This document shows positions 8,801 through 16,186 of a stretch of DNA of 24,000 nucleotides, in pieces (position 1 is the first letter of the stretch; every line of letters begins with the position of its first letter). Location: the sequence record MK504445.1; one strand, written 5' to 3'. The DNA is from Lactobacillus phage ATCCB. The translations under genes and the position numbers were made by a program. The notes below the pieces were generated by a model. It was not told where the DNA came from, made no database searches, and was given only the letters and a program-made list of their open reading frames with translations.

Positions 8801-9406
8801 ATTTTACATCATAAGATTATTTTAGGATTAGCAACAGTTATGGGTGTATTTAGTTTTAGTGCAATTTCAGCAAATGCATCAACTTATACAGTTAAGAGTG
8901 GCGACACTGTTTCTGCAATTGCTCAAAAGTTTAACACCTCAACTTCGAAGATTACTTCTGATAATGATTTATCAAATCCAGATGTAATTTCAATTGGAGA
9001 AACTCTTAACATCAATAACTCTACTAAGACCGCTACAGCAAGTTCATATGAACAACCTCAAGCTGTAACAACTCAAAAAACTTATTCATATCAAAAGCCT
9101 ACTGAACAGACAGTTCAAAATACTCAGCCTAATAAGTCATACACTGATCCAGCAAACACTAGTCAAACAGATGCTTCTTCAGCTGCTAAGATGATGGAAC
9201 AAGGTACAGGAGTTTCAGCTAGTGAATGGCAAAAGATTATTAATCGTGAATCAGGTGGTAGCACAACTGCTGCAAATCCATCTGGGGCTTATGGACTCTT
9301 CCAGTCTCAGCATAATCCTGGTTCGACTGTTCAATCACAAGTTGCTGATGCAATTCGTGTTTATAAGTCTCAAGGATTAGGTGCTTGGCAAGCAACAGCA
9401 TATTAA
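8801..9406 (+). CDS. Secreted LysM-domain protein with lytic-transglycosylase/Rpf-like C-terminal domain, probably initiated at an ATT codon (8801, or 8798)
   Basis: LHHKIILGLATVMGVFSFSAISANA signal-peptide-like N-terminus extends upstream of ATG 8840; AAAGGAG at 8785-8791; LysM YTVKSGDTVSAIAQKFNTSTSKITSDN; C-terminal INRESGGSTTAANPSGAYGLFQ. Confidence 0.75.
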   Translation: MLHHKIILGLATVMGVFSFSAISANASTYTVKSGDTVSAIAQKFNTSTSKITSDNDLSNPDVISIGETLNINNSTKTATASSYEQPQAVTTQKTYSYQKPTEQTVQNTQPNKSYTDPANTSQTDASSAAKMMEQGTGVSASEWQKIINRESGGSTTAANPSGAYGLFQSQHNPGSTVQSQVADAIRVYKSQGLGAWQATAY

Positions 9407-9413
9407 AAAAGAT

Positions 9414-9438
9414 AGAACTCGAAAGAGTTCTTTTTTTT
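9414..9438 (+). terminator. Intrinsic terminator
   Basis: AGAACTC gaaa GAGTTCT + T-tract. Confidence 0.85.
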
Positions 9439-9449
9439 ACGAAAAAGTA

Positions 9450-9478
9450 TGTACAAGCCATCTAAATAGTTATATAAT
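9450..9478 (+). promoter_or_regulatory. Family promoter
   Basis: TGTACA (9450-9455) - 17 bp - TATAAT (9473-9478). Confidence 0.75.
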
Positions 9479-9516
9479 ATAAATATAATATAAATATGAA
9501 ATTGGAGTGAATAAAT

Positions 9517-9750
9517 GTGACAGATATTTTATATGTTTCACAATATAAGAAAGATAATAAATCAATTACACCAATTATGTATGATAAGATTATTTCATAT
9601 GATTATGAAGTTGTGTCTGGCATTGGTGACAATATTTCAGTAAATGGAAAGACGTATGTTATTGCTGATGTTCAATATCTGTATGGTGGCGACACTATTG
9701 TATGTCGTGATTTTTATGTATTAGATAAATTCTCAAAAGAGGTAAACTAA
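9517..9750 (+). CDS. Hypothetical protein (77 aa)
   Basis: ORF with TTGGAGTG RBS, GTG start. Confidence 0.7.
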   Translation: MTDILYVSQYKKDNKSITPIMYDKIISYDYEVVSGIGDNISVNGKTYVIADVQYLYGGDTIVCRDFYVLDKFSKEVN

Positions 9751-9751
9751 A

Positions 9752-10357
9752 TTGAAAATTACATTCTATTATGGAACAATGAATAGCGGCAAAACAACTA
9801 TGTTGTTAGGAATGTATCACAACTACTGTGTTGCAGGTAAAAAACCAGTTTTGGTAAAATTATCAAATGCAACGCGCGAAAAAGATATTGAGTCCAGAAT
9901 GGGAATTAAAGCCGAAGGATTTTTGTTATCGACCGACATTGATATTCATAATTTTACTCATACTTTTTATAATGAAATTATTCTTAACGCGATTAGACAA
10001 AAGTCTCCAGTTTTAATTGATGAATGTCAATTTTTAAAAACTGAACAAGTTGAAAAAATTTGTGAGCTAGCGATTAAATTTAATATTGAAATTATCGCAT
10101 TTGGTTTACTTACCAATTTTAAAGGTGAACTATTTGAAGGCAGTAAAAGCTGGGTTGAAAATGCAACACACATCAGGGAGATTAAGACCATTTGTTCCTT
10201 CTGCGGAAGATACAAAAGCAATCGTAATCTAATGTGTGATGAAAATAATAAACCAATTTTTGATTTAAAAGGTGAAATTTATCCAAACGCGAAATATCAT
10301 GCCATCTGCGAACAATGTTATTTAAAATTGGTGGACAAATATAAGGAGGAACAATAA
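9752..10357 (+). CDS. tdk: Thymidine kinase
   Basis: GTMNSGKTTMLL P-loop, VLIDECQFL, lasso-like region, CSFCGRY / CEQC zinc-binding cysteines. Confidence 0.9.
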   Translation: MKITFYYGTMNSGKTTMLLGMYHNYCVAGKKPVLVKLSNATREKDIESRMGIKAEGFLLSTDIDIHNFTHTFYNEIILNAIRQKSPVLIDECQFLKTEQVEKICELAIKFNIEIIAFGLLTNFKGELFEGSKSWVENATHIREIKTICSFCGRYKSNRNLMCDENNKPIFDLKGEIYPNAKYHAICEQCYLKLVDKYKEEQ

Positions 10358-10530
10358 TGGCGACAGTTATTTCAATGCATGCAAAAGAAAATGTTGACAC
10401 AATGGGATTAAAGCAAATGGTTAGAGTATTTGCTTGGATGACAGATGATAATCATGTTCGAATGATTAAGTATTTAGACAATGTTCGAATTAGTGATGAA
10501 ACTCATAAAATTGTGCTCGGTCGGGTATAA
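10357..10530 (+). CDS. Small hypothetical protein (57 aa), not in the ORF track
   Basis: AAGGAGGA RBS, ATG 10357 overlapping the tdk stop; MATVISMHAKENVDTMGLKQMVRVFAWMTDDNHVRMIKYLDNVRISDETHKIVLGRV. Confidence 0.65.
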   Translation: MATVISMHAKENVDTMGLKQMVRVFAWMTDDNHVRMIKYLDNVRISDETHKIVLGRV

Positions 10531-10564
10531 TTGATATATAATTAAATAAAGGAGAATAAACAAA

Positions 10565-11308
10565 TTGAATAAACAAGAATTATATGACAAAATTAAAAAA
10601 GAAAATACTTTAGACAATATTTCTGGAGAAGATATTACAAAATATATGCCTGAAAATATTAAAAATCGAAAGGAGGAGTGGAAAGATATTACTGGATGTG
10701 AAGGTTTCCAAGTCAGTGACAAAGGCCGGGTACGATACGTTTTAGATACACCACCTCGTTGGAAACCTTACGTAACAAAAAATATGATTATGGACTTGGG
10801 ACATAATAACTCTGGATATTTTATGCCAAGAGGAGTTAATAAATTGATCCATCGGTTAGTGGCACAGGCATTTATTCCAAACCCTCATCATTATCCGCAA
10901 GTAAATCACATAGATGAAGTGAAGAAGCACAATTGGAAAGAAAATTTGGAGTGGTGTACTACAAAGTATAATCATAATTATGGAACGACTCCTTATAGAC
11001 ATGGTTCCGCAAATAGAGGAAAGCATTTAACAAAAGAACAAAAGCGTAAACTAAGTGCTAGTGCTAAGGGTAAAAAACCAACTAAAGAAGCAATTGAACA
11101 TATGAGAAAAGCACTACAAAAGCCGATTGTGCAATTAACGATTGACGGGAAAAAGATTAAGAAATGGGAAAGTCTAGCTGAAATACGTTCAACTTTAAAG
11201 TGCGGATGCGGCCCAGCGCAATGTTGCAAAGGTATTAAAGATAGCTTTAGAGATTACAAGTGGCAATATTGGAGCGACTATGTTAAAAATCATCCGGAAG
11301 TGTTATAA
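10565..11308 (+). CDS. NUMOD4/HNH homing endonuclease-like protein
   Basis: EEWKDITGCEGFQVSDKGRVR (NUMOD4-like), IHRLVAQAFIPNPHHYPQVNHIDEVKKHNWKENLEWCTTKYNHNYG (HNH), C-terminal DNA-binding repeats; AAGGAG RBS with TTG start. Confidence 0.85.
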   Translation: MNKQELYDKIKKENTLDNISGEDITKYMPENIKNRKEEWKDITGCEGFQVSDKGRVRYVLDTPPRWKPYVTKNMIMDLGHNNSGYFMPRGVNKLIHRLVAQAFIPNPHHYPQVNHIDEVKKHNWKENLEWCTTKYNHNYGTTPYRHGSANRGKHLTKEQKRKLSASAKGKKPTKEAIEHMRKALQKPIVQLTIDGKKIKKWESLAEIRSTLKCGCGPAQCCKGIKDSFRDYKWQYWSDYVKNHPEVL

Positions 11309-11309
11309 T
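11301..11309 (+). promoter_or_regulatory. Candidate extended -10 promoter for the polymerase gene, inside the end of the HNH gene
   Basis: TGTTATAAT; weak TGTTAA 17 bp upstream of TATAAT (11281-11286). Confidence 0.4.
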
Positions 11310-11335
11310 ATTAAATATAAGGAGGAATTAATAAA

Positions 11336-14300
11336 TTGAAGAAGCATGAGTTATGGAAATATAGTTATTATGGGATGCACAATCACTCAGAAATGTCAAA
11401 TATGAGATTGTTGGATGCAACAATGAGTCCAAAAAAACTTATTGACACGGCATATCGGTGCGGACTGAAGGGAATTGCAATCACAGATCATGAATCACTC
11501 GGAGCACATGTCAAACTTGCACGCTATTTAAAATCGCAACAAGATAATGGTAAAATGAAAGATTTCAAATTAATGTTCGGCAACGAAATTTATTTGGTCG
11601 AAAAAGAGCAAATTGAAAAAGCAAAAGAAAACAACGACAAAACACGTTTTTATCATTTTATTTTGATTGCAAAAAATGAGCGCGGGTATGACTTTCTACG
11701 GAAGCAGTCAACGAAGGCATGGAAAAATTCATTTTGGTTCAGGGGGATGCAGCGGGTCCCGACCTTTAAGGACGAGCTGAAAAAAATGATGGAGCCGTAT
11801 AAAGGAGACGTCATTGCGTCTACTGCTTGTATCGGTAGTGAAATGAATCAGTTGAGTTTGAAGATTTTTGATGAGTGTGCAGAAGATGATGAATTAAATA
11901 TAGATAAAGTGAAAAAATCTAAATCATTTGAAAAAGTAGTCCAATATATTAAGTTTATGCAAGATGTATTTGGCGAAGATAATTTCTATTTTGAACTCCA
12001 GCCATCCCACCACCGAGAACAATTGATTGTTAACAAAATGATTTTACTCTATTCAAAGTGGTTTAATATTCGATACACAATTACGACTGATGCGCATTAT
12101 GCACGACCAGAAGATGCTCCAATTCATGAAACATTTTTAAAATCAAGAAATAGTGATAGGGATGTTTCACAATTTTATGCAACAACATATTTATTCAGTC
12201 CAAAAGAATTGAGTGAATATTTTAATGATGATATTATGACAAATGCATTTAAAACAACGCATGATATTGCGTCACAAGTTAAACATTTTGATTTTTATCA
12301 TCAAACAATTATTCCAAAATCACATATTCCAGAAAAATATCTAAATGATACTCCATTAATTAAATTACGCTCAGTTGAGATGTTTGTAGAGTCACTTGAG
12401 AAGCATGGTTTGAATGTAAAGCAATATAATTATATTAACAAGTATTTGATGGCAACCAATTCATCAGATAAATATTATATGTACTTGATTTTAAATGGAT
12501 TGGTTAATAAAGTTAAGAATATCACAGAAAAACATCTTGCAAGAATTGATATTGAACTTGAACAAATTTATGAAATTAGTAATCAAATTAAACAACCAAT
12601 GAGTGCTTACTTTTTAGCTGAAATTGATTTTATGAAAGAAATGTGGAAAGTGTCAATTTTAGGTCCAGCACGTGGATCTGCTGCATGTTTTTATACTAAC
12701 TATTTATTAGGAATTGTGCAGGTTGATGCTTTAAAATATAATTTAAAGTGGTGGCGATTCTTAAGTAAAGAACGTGTTGGAGACTTCCCAGACATCGATA
12801 TAGATGCGGCATCAATTCATCGAAAAGATGTTATGCAACAATTAAGAAATTCTTATGGTGCAAATAAGATTATTAAAATCTCAACATTCTCAACTATTGG
12901 AGATAATGCAGCAATTGAAGCAGCTTGTCGTGGTTTAGATATTGATACAAGTATATCAAGTAATTTAAAAGATTTATTACAAGGTGAAAGTGTTAACGAT
13001 GCCTTGTTTGGAAATGAAAAGAAAAATATTAAACCAAATGAACAATTCTGTTCAATTGTTAACAAATATCCAATGTTAAAAGAAACAATAGTTGGACTTT
13101 TGGGAATTGTAACTGGCGTTAGTGAACATGCTTCAGGAATGTTGTGCTTAAATGATTCTGACGAAGGATGGGTTAAGCATAATGCAATGATGACAACAAC
13201 TTCTGGGCTTCCTGTTACTCAATTAGATGCACATGATAGTGAGTATTGTGGTGGAATTAAATATGATATGTTATCAATTAGCGCATTATCAAGAATTGAA
13301 TTTGCAATGAAAGCATTAATTGAAAATCATGAAATTAAAAATCAAGGTTCAATTAAAGCAACATATGAAAAATATTTCCAACCAGATAGTTTGAATTTCA
13401 CGAATGATAGAATTTATGAATTATTTTCTAATAATTCAATTCCAGAATTATTTCAATTCTCAACAAAAGTTGGTTTTGGTGTTCTTAAGAAATTAAAGGC
13501 AAAATCATTTAATCAAACGGCATCTGCAAACTCTTTAATGAGATTAACAGTTGAAGATGGTGAACAACCAGTTGATAAATATATCCGATTTAGAGATAAT
13601 GAAGGTGCTTGGGATAAAGAAATGATTGACTTTGGTCTTTCTGATGATGAACGAAAAGTTCTACATTCTGAATTAGATAGCGAATTTGGTATTTGTGTAA
13701 CACAAGAAGAATTGATGAGTTTAGCGATGAACAAAAAAGTCGGTAATTATAATCTTCTTGAAGCAAATAAATTGCGTAAAGCAGTAGCAAAAAAAGACCA
13801 TAAATTGCAAGCTGCTCAAAAGAAAGCATTTTTTGAAAAAGGTAAAAGTATTGGCACGAGTGAAAAAATGTTAGAGTACGTTTGGGAATATTGCTTTAAA
13901 ATTCAATTTGCGTATTCATTTAATGGTGCTCACGTTGTTTCTTATACTTTGATTAGTTTTATTGAAGCAAATATTTGTGCACGATATGGAATTGAGTATT
14001 GGGTAGTTGGATGTTTAGAATATGATTCTGGAGTTTGGAATGATGATTCTAAAAATAATAAAGTTAAATTTCCACAAGCCGTTTCTAAATTTATTCATCA
14101 TGTTAAGCAACCATCAATTAATAAATCAGGTGTTGGTTTTAAAGTTATTGATGGTAAAATTCTATTTGGTTTAGGGGTTATTGGTGGAATTAAAAATGAA
14201 GATATTGAATTAATTGAGAATAATCGTCCATATAATAATTTTGATGATATTAATTCTAAAATTTTTAATATATTGGATGAGAAAAAATCAATCAATTTAA

Positions 14301-15166
14301 TCAAATCTGGTGTGTTTGATGAGATTATTGAAGACCGACAAAAATTGATGATGAGATATATTGCATCAACGATTAAAGAAAGAAAATCTGTTTCAATTGT
14401 CTCAGTACCAAACTTAAAGCCAATTATTCCAAAGAAATTTGAATTGCCTTTGAAATTACAAACACTTAAAAAAATGTTTGTTGGTAAACGAAAGCAAAAA
14501 ATGACAGATACTCAGAGTAAAGTGCTTTCTCAATATTTTGGCAATAGTATCATCACCTTTAATAGTTCGGGTGCTCCTGAATTAAACCAGGAGGTATTTG
14601 AAAAGTTATATGATGATAATATGGTCGATTTTAAAAAATGGTTGAAAACAAAGGAGGCAATTAAGGCTCAAAAATCTTATTTAGCTTATGAAAAATATAT
14701 TAAAAAATGTTATGGAAGTATCTATCAATGGGAATTAGATGTTATGGGATGTTTCGTAACTAATTCTGTTATTGCTCCGATTAAAAAGGATATTTCGATT
14801 AGATTTGGAATTAGAAATATTTTAGATCTGGAGAATGGGTCATTTAAAGGTAAGAAATATAATATTGTTGGAACAATTGTTGATTATAAAAATAATGGAA
14901 CATTGAGTGTAATTGATGATAGTTTAAACATTGTGTTTGTTAGAATTGGTAAAAATGCTTATCAATCTTTAAATGAGAAAATTACGAAAGGTAAAGGTAA
15001 GAATAAGGAAATTATTAAGCCATCTTGGATTGTTCGTGGCAATACTTTATTATTTACTGGTTTTCGACGAGACGATGAATTTTGTGCTTATGGAATTAAA
15101 AATACGGGTTTGATTAAATTTAATTCAAATGGGACAAAATATAAAGTTGAGAGACTAGATGAATAA
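11336..15166 (+). CDS. dnaE: C-family DNA polymerase III alpha subunit (PHP domain + DnaE-like core)
   Basis: PHP motifs GMHNHSEMSN, AITDHESLGAH, ITTDAHYA; DnaE core GPARGSAACFYTNYLLGI, DFPDIDID; 1276 aa; AGGAGG RBS, TTG start. Confidence 0.88.
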   Translation: MKKHELWKYSYYGMHNHSEMSNMRLLDATMSPKKLIDTAYRCGLKGIAITDHESLGAHVKLARYLKSQQDNGKMKDFKLMFGNEIYLVEKEQIEKAKENNDKTRFYHFILIAKNERGYDFLRKQSTKAWKNSFWFRGMQRVPTFKDELKKMMEPYKGDVIASTACIGSEMNQLSLKIFDECAEDDELNIDKVKKSKSFEKVVQYIKFMQDVFGEDNFYFELQPSHHREQLIVNKMILLYSKWFNIRYTITTDAHYARPEDAPIHETFLKSRNSDRDVSQFYATTYLFSPKELSEYFNDDIMTNAFKTTHDIASQVKHFDFYHQTIIPKSHIPEKYLNDTPLIKLRSVEMFVESLEKHGLNVKQYNYINKYLMATNSSDKYYMYLILNGLVNKVKNITEKHLARIDIELEQIYEISNQIKQPMSAYFLAEIDFMKEMWKVSILGPARGSAACFYTNYLLGIVQVDALKYNLKWWRFLSKERVGDFPDIDIDAASIHRKDVMQQLRNSYGANKIIKISTFSTIGDNAAIEAACRGLDIDTSISSNLKDLLQGESVNDALFGNEKKNIKPNEQFCSIVNKYPMLKETIVGLLGIVTGVSEHASGMLCLNDSDEGWVKHNAMMTTTSGLPVTQLDAHDSEYCGGIKYDMLSISALSRIEFAMKALIENHEIKNQGSIKATYEKYFQPDSLNFTNDRIYELFSNNSIPELFQFSTKVGFGVLKKLKAKSFNQTASANSLMRLTVEDGEQPVDKYIRFRDNEGAWDKEMIDFGLSDDERKVLHSELDSEFGICVTQEELMSLAMNKKVGNYNLLEANKLRKAVAKKDHKLQAAQKKAFFEKGKSIGTSEKMLEYVWEYCFKIQFAYSFNGAHVVSYTLISFIEANICARYGIEYWVVGCLEYDSGVWNDDSKNNKVKFPQAVSKFIHHVKQPSINKSGVGFKVIDGKILFGLGVIGGIKNEDIELIENNRPYNNFDDINSKIFNILDEKKSINLIKSGVFDEIIEDRQKLMMRYIASTIKERKSVSIVSVPNLKPIIPKKFELPLKLQTLKKMFVGKRKQKMTDTQSKVLSQYFGNSIITFNSSGAPELNQEVFEKLYDDNMVDFKKWLKTKEAIKAQKSYLAYEKYIKKCYGSIYQWELDVMGCFVTNSVIAPIKKDISIRFGIRNILDLENGSFKGKKYNIVGTIVDYKNNGTLSVIDDSLNIVFVRIGKNAYQSLNEKITKGKGKNKEIIKPSWIVRGNTLLFTGFRRDDEFCAYGIKNTGLIKFNSNGTKYKVERLDE

Positions 15167-15170
15167 TTAA

Positions 15171-15198
15171 AAAAATAAGCTCTTTTGAGCTTATTTTT
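15171..15198 (+). terminator. Intrinsic terminator
   Basis: 12-bp stem AAAAATAAGCTC / GAGCTTATTTTT, TTTT loop. Confidence 0.85.
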
Positions 15199-15208
15199 AC
15201 ATAAAGTA

Positions 15209-15237
15209 TGTACTTTGTATAGATTTTATGATATTAT
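15209..15237 (+). promoter_or_regulatory. Family promoter upstream of the mazF-like gene
   Basis: TGTACT (15209-15214) - 17 bp - TATTAT (15232-15237). Confidence 0.75.
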
Positions 15238-15282
15238 TAAATAGTAGTTGAATAAGTAAAATTGAAGGGAAATGTTAACAAA

Positions 15283-15636
15283 ATGGAAAAACAACATATT
15301 ATGCGTGGAGAAGTTTTTTATGCAAATTTAGGAAATTCAAAGGAGTGTTTAGAAAAAGGTATTCATGTTCAAGCTGGAATTAGGCCAGTACTTATTATTT
15401 CAAACGATATTGGTAATCGATATTCTCCTATTGTAATTGTTGTTCCAATTACAACAGCACACAAAACAAGTTTACCAACACACGTTTACTTTAGTCAAAG
15501 TAAAATTCATGGAACGGTATTGTGTGAACAAATTTTGACTATTCCAAAAAGTCACTTACTTAACAAGGTTTCAAAAATCACCACAAAAACAATGATGGAA
15601 ATTGAAAACAAGCTAAGAGTTTCAATTGATTTATAA
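15283..15636 (+). CDS. PemK/MazF-family protein (putative endoribonuclease toxin)
   Basis: MRGEVFYANLG...GIRPVLIISNDIGNRYSPIVIVVPITT...GTVLCEQILTI; ATG 15283 is better than the track TTG 15262. Confidence 0.82.
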   Translation: MEKQHIMRGEVFYANLGNSKECLEKGIHVQAGIRPVLIISNDIGNRYSPIVIVVPITTAHKTSLPTHVYFSQSKIHGTVLCEQILTIPKSHLLNKVSKITTKTMMEIENKLRVSIDL

Positions 15637-15652
15637 AAAGGAGATAAACAAT

Positions 15653-16171
15653 ATGGATATGCAAAATGCTAGCAAGCGAAGCGAATTATTTAATACAACA
15701 AAGATTTATTTGGCAACACCATGGTTTAATGAAGAACAAAAAAATCGAGTAGAAGAAGTAAGTAAATTATTATCCAATAATCCCACTGTTGGTGTCATTC
15801 ATTTTCCTTTTGATTATCAGTACAAAAATGCTAATATTGATAATAAGGATGGAATTTTTGGTAGTTTAGAGTGGCAAGTTGCGACTTATCAAAATGACTT
15901 ATCTGCTATGGGAACTGCTGATTGTGGCGTATTTCTATATGATTTAGATAATGTAGATGATGGGACTGCTTTTGAAGTTGGATATATGCGTTCGATGGGT
16001 AAACCAGCTATCATTGTTACTTTCTCTCATAATAAGAATGTAAAAGTTAATTTAATGATTGCTCGTGGAGCAACTGCATTTATTGATGGCGATAAGAATT
16101 TAAATGATTTAGTCAATTATAATTTTAACCATTTCCCATCAAATCCAGTTTGCACACACGAAGTATTTTAA
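15653..16171 (+). CDS. Nucleoside 2-deoxyribosyltransferase-like protein
   Basis: KIYLATPWFNEEQ, MGTADCGVFLYDLDNVDDGTAFEVGYMRSMGKPAIIVT; AAAGGAG RBS before ATG 15653 (track start 15626 is upstream of the RBS). Confidence 0.82.
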   Translation: MDMQNASKRSELFNTTKIYLATPWFNEEQKNRVEEVSKLLSNNPTVGVIHFPFDYQYKNANIDNKDGIFGSLEWQVATYQNDLSAMGTADCGVFLYDLDNVDDGTAFEVGYMRSMGKPAIIVTFSHNKNVKVNLMIARGATAFIDGDKNLNDLVNYNFNHFPSNPVCTHEVF

Positions 16172-16186
16172 AAAGGAGAAAATAAC

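Noticed and set aside
10565-11336. Group I intron hosting the HNH gene
   Set aside because: The dnaE ORF is continuous, the HNH gene is free-standing upstream with its own RBS, and no interrupted coding sequence is seen; intron core motifs were not recognised by eye.
15262-16171. MazF-like gene plus downstream gene as a classic toxin-antitoxin pair
   Set aside because: The downstream protein has clear nucleoside deoxyribosyltransferase-like motifs and is much larger than a MazE antitoxin.
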